A DNA stretch of 45,529 nt, from sequence record SRR31156797_14836; one strand, written 5' to 3'. Made by a program: the position numbers and the translations under genes. The notes below the pieces were generated by a model. That model made no database searches. It was given only the letters and a program-made list of their open reading frames with translations, and was not told where the DNA came from. Shown here in pieces: positions 1-10,167 of this stretch; within the stretch, counting starts at the first letter, position 1; each line of letters opens with the position of its first letter.

Positions 1-32
1 GCGTGGGGGTTCGAGTCCCTTCATCCGCACCA
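1..32 (+). tRNA. 3' part of a tRNA, probably tRNA-Leu (truncated by window start)
   Basis: T-arm GGGG-TTCGAGT-CCCT, acceptor 3' strand TCATCCGC, discriminator A and encoded CCA at 30-32. tRNA-Leu commonly precedes tig. The anticodon lies outside the window, so the isotype is inferred. Confidence 0.85.
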
Positions 33-44
33 ATAAAAAAATAT

Positions 45-92
45 AAAAACCGTCTCACTTACGATGTAAATCGGTAGTAAGACGGTTTTTTT
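45..92 (+). terminator. Intrinsic terminator after tRNA
   Basis: AAAAACCGTCT...AGACGGTTTTT stem with an imperfect inner stem, followed by a T-run. Confidence 0.75.
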
Positions 93-159
93 AAATTTAA
101 TATGTTGATTTTGATCTCTTGGAGATCACACAAAAAGTTCACTAATAATTATTTAGCCG

Positions 160-1521
160 ATGAACATCTCAAAAGAAAACATTGATGATTTAAATGCAGT
201 ATTAAAGCTTACTGTAGAGAAAGAAGATTACGAGAGCCGTGTTGATGAGGTATTGAAGGATTATCGTAAGAAAGCCAATATGCCAGGTTTCCGTCCAGGA
301 AAAGTTCCTTTTGGCATGATTAAAAAGATGTACGGTAAACATGTGTTGGCCGAGCAAGTGAACAAGATTGTTTCTGAAGAATTATCAAAATATCTTTACG
401 AAAGTAAATTAAACATTTTGGGTGAGCCACTTCCAAGTGAGTCACAAGAAACAATTGATTTTGAAACACAGGAAAACTTTGATTTTAATTTTGATATAGC
501 TGTAGCTCCTGAGTTTGAGGTGAAGTTATCGAAGAGAGAAAAGTTACCTTATTATACTATCGAAGTAACTGACGAAATGTTGGATCAGCAGATTAAGCAG
601 GCAACAAGTCGTTTTGGTACTAGCGAAACTGTAGAAGAAGCTAACGAAGAGTCAATGATTAAAGGTGATTTAGTTCAACTTGATCAGGATGGAAACGTAT
701 TAGAAGAGGGAATTAAAGCTGAGGATACAGTTCTTTCTGCCGCTACCATTAAAGATGATGAAGTTAAAGCTAAATTAAACGGAATTAAAGTAAGTGAGAA
801 TGTAGTTATTAATCCAAAAACTACATTTGAAGATGCTACTCAAATTTCATATATGCTTAAGATTTCTGCTGAAGAGGCTGAGCAAATTGACAGCAACTTC
901 CAATTCACAGTTAAGGAAATTACAAATTACGTAGCTGCTGAGTTAAATCAGGAATTGTTTGATCAGGTATTAGGTAAAGATGTTGCCACTTCAGAAGAGG
1001 AGTTTAATGCTAAAATCAAAGAAGATTTAGAAAAAACTTTATCATTCGAAAGCGAATACAAATTTTCTATGGATGCTAAAGAAAAGCTGATGAAGAAGAT
1101 TGAGATCGCGTTACCAGAAGCTTTCCTAAAGCGTTGGATTTTGACTACAAATCACGATAACGATCAAATTACTGAAGAATCTCTTGACAAGGATATGCCT
1201 AATTATTTAGATGACTTAAGATGGCAGTTGATTAAGAATGAGATTCTTAAAGTAAATGAAATTAAGATTGAGGAAGCTGATGTACTTGAAGTAGCTAAGA
1301 AATCAGCAAAAATGCAGTTTATGCAGTATGGTCTTTCAAACATTCCTGAAGAGCATTTAGAAAATTATGCTAAGGAAATGATGGGACAAGAAGAGCAACG
1401 TAGAAATATGTCAGAAACTGCAGCTCAGGAAAAGGCTTTAGCGTTTATCAAAGAGGCTGTTAAGATTGATGAGAAAACGTTAAGCAGAGACGAATTCAAT
1501 AAGCTGTTTGAAAAAAACTAG
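160..1521 (+). CDS. tig: Trigger factor
   Basis: 453 aa, ribosome-binding motif PGFRPGKVP, directly upstream of clpP-clpX. Confidence 0.96.
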   Translation: MNISKENIDDLNAVLKLTVEKEDYESRVDEVLKDYRKKANMPGFRPGKVPFGMIKKMYGKHVLAEQVNKIVSEELSKYLYESKLNILGEPLPSESQETIDFETQENFDFNFDIAVAPEFEVKLSKREKLPYYTIEVTDEMLDQQIKQATSRFGTSETVEEANEESMIKGDLVQLDQDGNVLEEGIKAEDTVLSAATIKDDEVKAKLNGIKVSENVVINPKTTFEDATQISYMLKISAEEAEQIDSNFQFTVKEITNYVAAELNQELFDQVLGKDVATSEEEFNAKIKEDLEKTLSFESEYKFSMDAKEKLMKKIEIALPEAFLKRWILTTNHDNDQITEESLDKDMPNYLDDLRWQLIKNEILKVNEIKIEEADVLEVAKKSAKMQFMQYGLSNIPEEHLENYAKEMMGQEEQRRNMSETAAQEKALAFIKEAVKIDEKTLSRDEFNKLFEKN

Positions 1522-1595
1522 GCTAAATAGCTAAAGCAAGGTTATATTTTTTTAATTTAGCTTTTCAATATTAGGAAAAGAAAAATTTTAAAATT

Positions 1596-2273
1596 ATGAT
1601 AGATCCAAAAGATTTTCACAAGTATGCAACAAAGCATGTTGGAATCAATAGCCTTGCTTTAGATAAATACACAACTGTAGCAAGCGGGTATATATCTCCA
1701 ACAATTATCGAAGAGCGTCAGTTAAACGTAGCTTCAATGGATGTATTTTCCCGCTTAATGATGGATAGAATTATTTTTCTGGGATTACCGATCGATGATA
1801 CTGTAGCCAATATTATTCAGGCACAACTTTTATATCTGGAGTCGGCAGATGCACAAAAAGATATTTCAATTTACTTTAACTCACCGGGAGGTTCGGTTTA
1901 TGCTGGTTTAGGTATTTATGATACTATGCAGTATATTTCATCCGATGTGGCAACTATTTGTACAGGTATGGCTGCATCGATGGCTGCTGTTCTTTTAACA
2001 GCAGGAACAACTGGTAAACGTTCTGCTTTAAAGCATTCAAGAGTAATGATTCACCAGCCAATGGGTGGTGCACAGGGACAGGCTTCTGACATTGAAATTA
2101 CTGCAAGAGAAATTCAGAAATTAAAGAAGGAGCTTTATACTATTATCTCTGATCATTCTGGAAATACTTTTAAGAAAGTAGAAAAAGATTCTGATCGTGA
2201 TTACTGGATGACAGCTGATGAAGCTAAGGAATACGGTATGATTGACGAGGTATTAGTCAGAGAGAAAAAGTAA
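1596..2273 (+). CDS. clpP: ATP-dependent Clp protease proteolytic subunit
   Basis: DVFSRLMMDRIIFL, NSPGG, GMAASMA (catalytic Ser), MIHQP (His), DRD motif. Confidence 0.98.
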   Translation: MIDPKDFHKYATKHVGINSLALDKYTTVASGYISPTIIEERQLNVASMDVFSRLMMDRIIFLGLPIDDTVANIIQAQLLYLESADAQKDISIYFNSPGGSVYAGLGIYDTMQYISSDVATICTGMAASMAAVLLTAGTTGKRSALKHSRVMIHQPMGGAQGQASDIEITAREIQKLKKELYTIISDHSGNTFKKVEKDSDRDYWMTADEAKEYGMIDEVLVREKK

Positions 2274-2297
2274 GATTATAATACAGGATATTATCTT

Positions 2298-2329
2298 ATG
2301 CAGAATACTGTTTTTGCGGTATTCTGCAT
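2298..2329 (+). other. Intergenic stem-loop between clpP and clpX (possible mRNA stabiliser or weak terminator)
   Basis: ATGCAGAATACTG-TTTTTG-CGGTATTCTGCAT, 13-bp stem with one G-U pair. Confidence 0.55.
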
Positions 2330-2360
2330 TGTTGTTTTTAATATTTAAACCGGGAGAACT

Positions 2361-3575
2361 ATGGATAAGTGTTCGTTTTGCGGGAGAGAGAGGAAAGATA
2401 CCAATTTATTAATTGCGGGTGTTTCAGGACATATTTGTGATAGTTGTATTGAGCAGGCGCATGGTATTTTGGAGGAAGAGTTTAAGAAAAAAGGTGGTTT
2501 TAATGTAGATGACATTACACTTTTAAAACCAACCGAGATAAAGATTTTCCTGGATCAGTATATTATTGGTCAGGATGAGGCTAAGAAATATTTGTCAGTT
2601 GCTGTTTATAATCATTACAAAAGATTACAGCAAAGAAACTCATCTGACGATATTGAGATTGAAAAATCAAATATCATACTTGTAGGTGAAACAGGTACCG
2701 GAAAAACATTATTGGCACGTACTATAGCCAGAATGTTACATGTACCTTTTACCATTGTGGATGCTACAGTTTTGACAGAGGCAGGTTATGTTGGTGAGGA
2801 TATCGAAAGTATTTTAACCAGATTGTTGCAGGCTGCTGATTATAATGTTGAAGCTGCTGAGAAAGGAATTGTTTTTATTGATGAGATAGATAAAATTGCT
2901 CGTAAGGGAGATAATCCAAGTATTACCAGAGATGTTTCAGGTGAAGGTGTTCAGCAAGGTTTATTGAAGCTGCTTGAAGGTTCTATTGTAAATGTTCCAC
3001 CTCAGGGTGGACGTAAGCATCCTGAGCAAAAAATGATTCCGGTTGATACAAAAAATATCCTTTTTATCTGTGGTGGAGCGTTTGATGGTATTGAGCGCAA
3101 AATTGGACAACGTTTAAATACCAAGGTAGTTGGTTATGGTGCCAGTAAGGCCAAAGATAAAGTTGATCAGTCTAATTTGTTGCAATATGTAGCGCCTCAG
3201 GATCTAAAATCATTTGGATTAATTCCTGAAATTATTGGTCGTCTGCCGGTTTTAACCTATCTAAATCCACTAGATAGAGAAATACTGAGACGAATTCTGC
3301 ATGAGCCTAAGAATTCAATAATCAAACAGTATGAAAAACTATTTGGTATTGATGGTATAAGCTTAACTTTTACAGAAGAGGTTTTAGATTACATCGTTGA
3401 TAAAGCGGTAGAGTTTAAGCTTGGAGCACGAGGGTTACGTTCTATTTGTGAGACTATTATGATGGATTTGATGTTTGAAGCACCATCAAAGGACGACAAG
3501 GAATTAGTGATTACGATTGAGTATGCGAAAGCAAAAATTGATAAAGAAAGTCTAGCTCGTTTAAAAGCGAGTTAA
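2361..3575 (+). CDS. clpX: ATP-dependent Clp protease ATP-binding subunit ClpX
   Basis: N-terminal C4 zinc finger CSFC...CDSC, Walker A GETGTGKT, GYVGED pore loop, Walker B IVFIDEIDK, GARGLR. Confidence 0.98.
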   Translation: MDKCSFCGRERKDTNLLIAGVSGHICDSCIEQAHGILEEEFKKKGGFNVDDITLLKPTEIKIFLDQYIIGQDEAKKYLSVAVYNHYKRLQQRNSSDDIEIEKSNIILVGETGTGKTLLARTIARMLHVPFTIVDATVLTEAGYVGEDIESILTRLLQAADYNVEAAEKGIVFIDEIDKIARKGDNPSITRDVSGEGVQQGLLKLLEGSIVNVPPQGGRKHPEQKMIPVDTKNILFICGGAFDGIERKIGQRLNTKVVGYGASKAKDKVDQSNLLQYVAPQDLKSFGLIPEIIGRLPVLTYLNPLDREILRRILHEPKNSIIKQYEKLFGIDGISLTFTEEVLDYIVDKAVEFKLGARGLRSICETIMMDLMFEAPSKDDKELVITIEYAKAKIDKESLARLKAS

Positions 3576-3593
3576 TTTTGATTAAACTATATG

Positions 3594-3633
3594 ATAAAGG
3601 CCCTTTTCTATTCTTAGAGAAGGGCCTTTATTT
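3594..3633. terminator. Bidirectional intrinsic terminator between convergent clpX and nirD
   Basis: ATAAAGGCCCTT...AAGGGCCTTTAT inverted repeat with A/T tails on both sides. Confidence 0.85.
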
Positions 3634-3978
3634 TTAATCTAAACCTATATAAACATACTCGTCATCAATTTTTACAGGATAAGTTTTTATTTCATAATCT
3701 TCTCCGGAAAGACATTTGCCTGATTTCAGAGAGAAGGATTTTTTATGAAACGGGCAGGCTACTTTGGGTTCATCTCCATCAGATCCGATTAAGCCTCTGG
3801 AAAGCGCCTGCTGTTTTTGGTGAGGGCATTGGTTATCGGTGGCATACCACTCACCTTCTGATTTAAAGTAATAAATAGCTATTTGCTTATCGTCGATCAT
3901 TACAGCTTTACCTCCGTCTTCTTCAAACTCAGAAATTGGGGCTGCTTCTATCCATTTCATTATTGTTGTATCTGTCAT
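3634..3978 (-). CDS. nirD: Nitrite reductase (NAD(P)H) small subunit, Rieske-like
   Basis: DNQCPHQKQQALSRGLIG...VACPFHKKSF motifs. Start moved from the ORF-track 4044 (which overlaps nirB) to the ATG at 3978 (MTDTT...). Confidence 0.92.
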   Translation of the reverse strand: MTDTTIMKWIEAAPISEFEEDGGKAVMIDDKQIAIYYFKSEGEWYATDNQCPHQKQQALSRGLIGSDGDEPKVACPFHKKSFSLKSGKCLSGEDYEIKTYPVKIDDEYVYIGLD

Positions 3979-4037
3979 GTTCTTGTTTTTAATGGTAAAT
4001 AAATTGATGTTACCTCTTTGGTATAGATAAAATGATT

Positions 4038-6530
4038 CTACCAATTGGCTGGTTTCTTCATCTCGCGCATAGCGACAAACTGAATTGAATTATCAGTAGC
4101 ATCTGAATTAACAAAAGGTCTGAACTTTTTAATCATTTCCGGATCGTCCACCACTTTCTTCCATTCACAAGCATAAGAGTCAATCAAATTCTCCATATCT
4201 TTCTCTAATTGCTCACCGATACCCAGAGAGTCTTCAATTACAATTTGTTTAAGGTACTCTAAACCGCCATCTAAGTTATCTAACCATTTTGCAGTTCTCG
4301 TTAATGGAGCAGCTGTTTTTACATAGTACATTAAAAAGCGATCCAGATATCTGATGCATGTTTCTTCGTCAATATCGGTTGCGAATAGTAAAGCGTGTTT
4401 GGGATTGGCCCCTCCATTTCCACATACATATAAATTATATCCTTTATCAGTAGCGATAATTCCAAAGTCTTTACCGCGTGCTTCGGCACATTCTCGAATA
4501 CAACCGGACACACCTCCTTTTAATTTATGTGGAGACCGTAGTCCCTTATAACGGTTTTCAATTTCTAGCGCAAAAGAAACAGAATCCTGCTGCCCATAGC
4601 GACACCATGTTGATCCAACACAACTTTTAACCGTACGAAGAGATTTACCATAGGCATGTCCACTTTCAAATCCGGCATCAATTAACTCTTTCCATATTTG
4701 CGGTAGCTCTTCAACTCGAGCTCCAAACATATCAATTCGCTGACCTCCGGTAATTTTTGTGTACAGATCATATTTTTTAGCTACTTCTCCAATAGCAATT
4801 AACTTGTCTGGAGTGATTTCACCAGCGGCTACACGTGGAACAACGGAATAAGTTCCTCCTTTTTGAATGTTGGCTAAAAACTTATCATTTGTATCTTGTA
4901 TGCTGGCATGTTTGGTAATGTGTTCGTTCCAAATGCTTGCTAAAAGAGACGCGGTTAAGGGTTTGCAAATTTCACATCCACGACCTGTACCATGTTTATG
5001 AAGTAGTTCCGGGTAAGTTTTGATTTCTCCTAACTTAATTAAGTCGAATAACTCCTGGCGGGTATAATCAAAATGCTCGCAAATGACTTTTTTAACTACT
5101 TTACCACTGGCTTCTAACTTAGCAGTTAATAAGTCATCGAGCATCGGTACACATCCCCCACAACCGGTTCCTGCTTTGGTCGCTTTTTTAAGTTGACCTA
5201 CCTGTGTGATGTCAAATTCATCAACAGCTTCAATTAATCTTTTTTTGTTTACGTTTTCGCATGAACAGATCACAGCTTCATCAGGAAGATCAAGAACACT
5301 TAGCTCAAATCCTCCTTCTGCATTTTTAATAATTAAGCCTTCCGGGTTTGCAGGTAGTTTTATATTACTAGCATAGGTTTGGTAGAGCATATTATAATCT
5401 TCTGTATCACCTACTAAGATTCCTCCAAGTAAGTAATTGCCATCTTCTGAGATATAGATCTTCTTATAAATTCCGTTTGGGATATTGTGATAAACAATTG
5501 GTTTTGCTCCTTCCGTTACACCAAATGCATCACCAAAACTGGCTACTTCAATCCCTATTAGTTTTAATTTAGTAGATAAATCTGCTCCTTTAAATGAAGC
5601 TTCATCTCCTTTTAAATTGTTGGCACATACCTCAGCCATATCGTAACAAGGAGCTACAAGTCCCCATATAGCACCCAAAGCAAGAGCACATTCTCCAATG
5701 GCATAAATAGAAGGATCAGATGTTGTCATTTTTTCATCTACCATAATACCACCTCTTTCTCCAACGGTTAATCCACATTCCCTTGCCAATTCATCCCTTG
5801 GACGAATACCTGCAGAAATAACCACCATATCTGTTGTTAAAACCGACCCATCAACAAATTCCATCGCATCAACTTTACCATTTCCGTTAATGCTTTTGGT
5901 ATTTTTATTTAATAAGATATCCAGATCTAATTTTTCAAGTTCGGATTTAAGCATATCAGATCCACTATCATCCAGCTGGCGTGGCATTAAACGAGGAGCG
6001 AACTCTACGACGCTTGTTTTTAATCCGTCATCCATCACTGCTTTTGCAGCTTCTAATCCTAGCAACCCTCCGCCAATAACCGCTGCAGATTTTGCTTGAG
6101 GAACATAGGCTTTAATGGCATCTAAATCTTCTACTGTGCGATATACAAAAACACCTTTTTTGTCAACTCCGGGAATGGGAGGGACAAAGGCTGCTGAACC
6201 TGTTGCCATGACTAAAATGTCATAGGCAAATTCATCACCATGTTTATTAATCGCTAACTTTTTCTTACGATCAATGCTGGTTATTTTATAGCTGGTTCTT
6301 AATTCAATACCGTTTTCCTGGTACCATTCTCTAGGTGCCATTTTGAGATCGCGAACAGATGTGCCTGTATAATAATCAGTAAGGTGCACTCTGTCGTAGG
6401 CAGCCCATGGCTCTTCTCCAAAAACAGTAATATCGTATATTTCATATAATCCTTTTTCAATAAATTTTTCGCAAAATTTGTAGCCGGTCATTCCGTTTCC
6501 AACTACAATTAATTTCTTTTTTGTGCTCAT
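4038..6530 (-). CDS. nirB: Nitrite reductase (NAD(P)H) large subunit
   Basis: FAD motif VVGNGMTG, NAD motif IGGGLLGLE, two BFD-like Cys clusters (CSC...CGGC; CEHF...CEIC), siroheme/[4Fe-4S] ligands CVGSTWC and GCIREC. Confidence 0.97.
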   Translation of the reverse strand: MSTKKKLIVVGNGMTGYKFCEKFIEKGLYEIYDITVFGEEPWAAYDRVHLTDYYTGTSVRDLKMAPREWYQENGIELRTSYKITSIDRKKKLAINKHGDEFAYDILVMATGSAAFVPPIPGVDKKGVFVYRTVEDLDAIKAYVPQAKSAAVIGGGLLGLEAAKAVMDDGLKTSVVEFAPRLMPRQLDDSGSDMLKSELEKLDLDILLNKNTKSINGNGKVDAMEFVDGSVLTTDMVVISAGIRPRDELARECGLTVGERGGIMVDEKMTTSDPSIYAIGECALALGAIWGLVAPCYDMAEVCANNLKGDEASFKGADLSTKLKLIGIEVASFGDAFGVTEGAKPIVYHNIPNGIYKKIYISEDGNYLLGGILVGDTEDYNMLYQTYASNIKLPANPEGLIIKNAEGGFELSVLDLPDEAVICSCENVNKKRLIEAVDEFDITQVGQLKKATKAGTGCGGCVPMLDDLLTAKLEASGKVVKKVICEHFDYTRQELFDLIKLGEIKTYPELLHKHGTGRGCEICKPLTASLLASIWNEHITKHASIQDTNDKFLANIQKGGTYSVVPRVAAGEITPDKLIAIGEVAKKYDLYTKITGGQRIDMFGARVEELPQIWKELIDAGFESGHAYGKSLRTVKSCVGSTWCRYGQQDSVSFALEIENRYKGLRSPHKLKGGVSGCIRECAEARGKDFGIIATDKGYNLYVCGNGGANPKHALLFATDIDEETCIRYLDRFLMYYVKTAAPLTRTAKWLDNLDGGLEYLKQIVIEDSLGIGEQLEKDMENLIDSYACEWKKVVDDPEMIKKFRPFVNSDATDNSIQFVAMREMKKPANW

Positions 6531-6551
6531 ATATGCATTGTTTTTAGTGGC

Positions 6552-9500
6552 TTATGATGGCACATAAGCGTTGGTGTCTTTAGCTTTTTCAATCATCATA
6601 GTGATTTCAGGTTTGCAACTTCCGCATCCTGTTCCAGCGTTGGTTTTTTCGCAAATCAATTTTAGGTCGGTAATTCCTTTTTCAATAAGTTCAGAGATGT
6701 TGCCTTCACCCACATTGTTGCAGGAACAAAGTACTTTTCCTTTTACCTGAACAGCAGAGGCATCGCCTCGTAGCAGTGTTTTTCTTTTGTTGTATAGTTC
6801 TGTTTTGTTTTGAATGAGATTTTTGTATTCTCCAAATTCTGTGCGGTCGCCCATTAATATAGTACCCACCATGATATCCTGATGGATAATACACTTTTTA
6901 TAGTATCGGTATTTTTTATCCAAAACAGTAACCTCTTCATAGCTACTGTCGTCTGGTGTTTTAATCATACCCACTGAGCATAGTTCAATACCAGGAAACT
7001 TGAGTATGTTCATAGGTACAGAACCTGTATAATAGGACATTAAATCTCCCATAAAATACCTCGCTAATATTGTTGCTTGTTGTTCCGCTGCTGAAGTAAT
7101 ACCATAAACATGGCCTTTAAATTCTGCAATTTCACCTAAGGCATAAATATCTTTTGAAGATGTTTCAAACCTCTCATTAATTATTACGCCTCTGTTAACC
7201 TGAATGTCGGCCTCTTTTAATAATTCAATATTTGGTTTTGTGCCGATAGCATAAACAATGGCATCGGTAGTGAATGATTTACCTGATTTTAAGTTTACTG
7301 TAGAATTACCATTGTTATTCGGAGATATGGATTCAACCTCTTCTTTCAAATACAGATCTACATTCATCTCACCAATGGTATCACTGAGCATTTGACTGGA
7401 GATTTCATCCAGCTGCTTGTCCATTAATCTTGCATTCCGATGGATTATGCTTACATGTATTCCAAACTCCAATAGTGAACTGGCTATTTCTAGACCAAGT
7501 AATCCTCCGCCAACAATAGTAACCGCATTCTTTCCTTCTAAATTTGTTTTTAATCGGTCAGCATCTTCTCTGCTTCTTATAGTATAAGTAGATTTAAAGT
7601 CAATCTTTACTCCGGGAGGAACGTTAGGACGAGAACCGGTGCATACAATCAGTTTATCGTAACTGTAATCATTACCCTTGTCGTCTATAATGTACTTTTG
7701 TTCCTTATTAATGCTAACGATTTCACATTCGCTAAATAATTCAATACCCCAATCCTTTAGATCACTTTCTTTATGTTTTTGAATATCCAGCCATGCTTTA
7801 TGTCCGGTTAAATATTCAGGTAACAGAATGCGATTGTAAAAAGGGTGTTTTTCTTTAGAAAATACCTTAATCGTATCATTCGAATTTTGGGAACGATATT
7901 CGGCAATGAATTGATATGCTGCAGCTCCTGCTCCAACAATGGCAATGGTTTCTGTTTCTTTAGTGAATTTTCTAACCTCAACTGCAGCGTATTTGAAATC
8001 AGGTTCTTTTGAAGCAGGATCAACGAGATTACTTGTTAAATTATTAGCTCGTGAGAAGTCTGAATTTAAAACTTTCCCCCAATGCATAGGTAAAAATACC
8101 ACCCCCTGTCTGATGTTATCTGTTACCACAGCTTTTACCTGAACATCACCTCTTACATTTTCAACCACGGCCATTTCACCATCTTTGATATTTCTTTCTT
8201 CCGCATCTTTCGGATGGATTTCTAAAAATGGTTCGGGGATATGCTTATTCAATTTGGAAAGCTTACCTGTTTTGGTCATGGTGTGCCATTGATCCCTGAT
8301 TCTACCTGTTGTTAAAATCAATGGAGCCTCTTTAGTTAATGGTTCCGATTGATGAGGCATTTCTATGGCAAAAAGTTGCGCTTTTGTATCCGGCGTATAA
8401 AATTTAAAATCGGTAAATAAACGTTCTTGTCCTTTGTCTTCTCCTTCAAAGAAAGGCCATTGAGCTGATTGATGCTCTTTTAGGTGGGCATAACTTAATC
8501 CACTAATGTTTATATTGGTACCTTTTGTTAGGCCTTTATGCTCATAAAAGATGGATTCACAATCAGGAAAGTCCATGTTCTTAAAACCCATTCTATTGGC
8601 AAAGTCTAACAGAATATCCACATCAGCACGTGCTTCTGCCGGAGGATCAATAGCTTTTGGTAAATAACTAATTCTTCGATCTGAATTAGTCATGGTACCT
8701 TCTTTCTCTAGCCATCCAGCAGCAGGAAGTACAACATCCGCAAACTGAATAGAAGCCGCATTTTTTGAAATGTCCTGTACAACAACAAGGTCCGCTTTCT
8801 TTAACGCTGCTTCGACTCTTCTAGCATTAGGTAAACTAACTAATGGGTTGGTACAAATAATCCAAATAGCCTTTAGTTTACCATCCAGTATAGCATCAAT
8901 CATTTGTGTGGCAGTGAATCCTGGTTTGTCAGGAATGCTGTCAACCTTCCAGTAGTTAGCTACTTCTTCACGGTGCTGAGGGTTAGCCAAATCGCGATGT
9001 GCTGGAAGCAAATTCGCCATTCCTCCAACTTCTCTGCCGCCCATGGCATTAGGCTGTCCGGTTAACGAAAAAGGGCCGTTACCAGGTTTACCTATTTTAC
9101 CTGTGATAAGTGAGATGTTTAAAAGAGAAAGGTTTTTATTTACCCCTATACTGCTTTGGTTTAAACCCATGGCCCACATAGAAATAAAACCCTTTGCATT
9201 TCCAATCAACTCCGCTGTTTCAATAATTAAGGCTAAAGGAACACCACAAGAATCTGCCAATGATTCAAGATTTTCACCATCTAGCTTTTCTTTAAGTGTA
9301 TTAAATCCGGAAGTGTATTTTTCTATAAATTCCGAATCGGTATATCCCCTCTCAATTAAAACCTTGGAAATGGCATAGTTTAAGTAAACATCAGTACCTG
9401 GCTTTAGTTGAAGATGAATATCAGCCATAAAACATGTTTGTGTTTTACGAGGATCAGCTACAATAATTTTAACATGCGGATTTTCCTGTTTGTGTTTTTC

Positions 9501-10055
9501 TATTCTCCGGAACAGAATAGGGTGACACCAGGCCGGATTAGCACCTGTGATAAAAATACAGTCAGATAATTCAATGTCGTTATACGAGATAGGTACAGCA
9601 TCCTCACCTAAAGCTTTTTTGTAACCCACTACTGCGGAACTCATGCATAAGCGCGAATTTGTATCAATGTTATTTGTGCCGATACAAGCCTTGGCTAGTT
9701 TATTAACCACATAATATTCCTCGGAAAGGCACTGACCTGAAACGTAAAAACCAACAGCGTCAGATCCATGCTTTTCAATTATAGAAGAAAAGGATGTAAC
9801 GATGGCGTTTAAAGCTTCGTTCCATGAAGTTTTTTGAAGATTATCTGATTTATTTTTTCGAATAAGAGGATGTAGCAAACGGTCTGAAGTGTCGTTAACA
9901 ACGTGTCCTAATCCCAACCCTTTAGAGCATAACATACCTTTATTAACAGGGTACATTTTGTTGCCCTCTACTTTTATGCTGTTGGTGTTGTCTTTAAGAA
10001 CGGTAACGCCACAACCTACGCCACAATACGAACAAGTTGACTGATATTTCTGCAT
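6552..10055 (-). CDS. nasA: Assimilatory nitrate reductase catalytic subunit (Mo-bisMGD) fused to a C-terminal FAD/NAD(P)H oxidoreductase and BFD-like [2Fe-2S] domain
   Basis: CSYCGVGC...C [4Fe-4S] motif, TNSRLCMSSA Mo-ligand segment, LTGQPNAMGGRE, TTGRIRDQWHTMTKT, then IVGAGAAA, IVGGGLLGLE and LCSCNNV...GTGCGSC. No Tat signal. Confidence 0.93.
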   Translation of the reverse strand: MQKYQSTCSYCGVGCGVTVLKDNTNSIKVEGNKMYPVNKGMLCSKGLGLGHVVNDTSDRLLHPLIRKNKSDNLQKTSWNEALNAIVTSFSSIIEKHGSDAVGFYVSGQCLSEEYYVVNKLAKACIGTNNIDTNSRLCMSSAVVGYKKALGEDAVPISYNDIELSDCIFITGANPAWCHPILFRRIEKHKQENPHVKIIVADPRKTQTCFMADIHLQLKPGTDVYLNYAISKVLIERGYTDSEFIEKYTSGFNTLKEKLDGENLESLADSCGVPLALIIETAELIGNAKGFISMWAMGLNQSSIGVNKNLSLLNISLITGKIGKPGNGPFSLTGQPNAMGGREVGGMANLLPAHRDLANPQHREEVANYWKVDSIPDKPGFTATQMIDAILDGKLKAIWIICTNPLVSLPNARRVEAALKKADLVVVQDISKNAASIQFADVVLPAAGWLEKEGTMTNSDRRISYLPKAIDPPAEARADVDILLDFANRMGFKNMDFPDCESIFYEHKGLTKGTNINISGLSYAHLKEHQSAQWPFFEGEDKGQERLFTDFKFYTPDTKAQLFAIEMPHQSEPLTKEAPLILTTGRIRDQWHTMTKTGKLSKLNKHIPEPFLEIHPKDAEERNIKDGEMAVVENVRGDVQVKAVVTDNIRQGVVFLPMHWGKVLNSDFSRANNLTSNLVDPASKEPDFKYAAVEVRKFTKETETIAIVGAGAAAYQFIAEYRSQNSNDTIKVFSKEKHPFYNRILLPEYLTGHKAWLDIQKHKESDLKDWGIELFSECEIVSINKEQKYIIDDKGNDYSYDKLIVCTGSRPNVPPGVKIDFKSTYTIRSREDADRLKTNLEGKNAVTIVGGGLLGLEIASSLLEFGIHVSIIHRNARLMDKQLDEISSQMLSDTIGEMNVDLYLKEEVESISPNNNGNSTVNLKSGKSFTTDAIVYAIGTKPNIELLKEADIQVNRGVIINERFETSSKDIYALGEIAEFKGHVYGITSAAEQQATILARYFMGDLMSYYTGSVPMNILKFPGIELCSVGMIKTPDDSSYEEVTVLDKKYRYYKKCIIHQDIMVGTILMGDRTEFGEYKNLIQNKTELYNKRKTLLRGDASAVQVKGKVLCSCNNVGEGNISELIEKGITDLKLICEKTNAGTGCGSCKPEITMMIEKAKDTNAYVPS

Positions 10056-10109
10056 GTTTTACTGTCTTGTGAAGAAGAATGTCCTTACGGTTTGTAAGAA
10101 TTAAGCTTC

Positions 10110-10160
10110 TTCTGATGTCAAACTAATATCAGAATCAACTCAAAAAGTAAGTAATCAAAA
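10110..10160 (-). promoter_or_regulatory. Non-coding leader motif, copy 1 (pyrimidine-rich tract plus hairpin) in the predicted nasA 5' UTR
   Basis: + strand TTCTGAT...ATCAGAA inverted repeat (10110-10134) overlapping ATCAGAATCAACTCAAAAAGTAAGTAATCAAAA (10128-10160), which recurs at 14169-14202. Confidence 0.6.
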
Positions 10161-10167
10161 GTTCAAA

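Noticed and set aside
1-160. tRNA-anchored integrative element
   Set aside because: The tRNA is followed by its terminator and the core gene tig. No integrase or duplicated tRNA 3' end is seen in the window.
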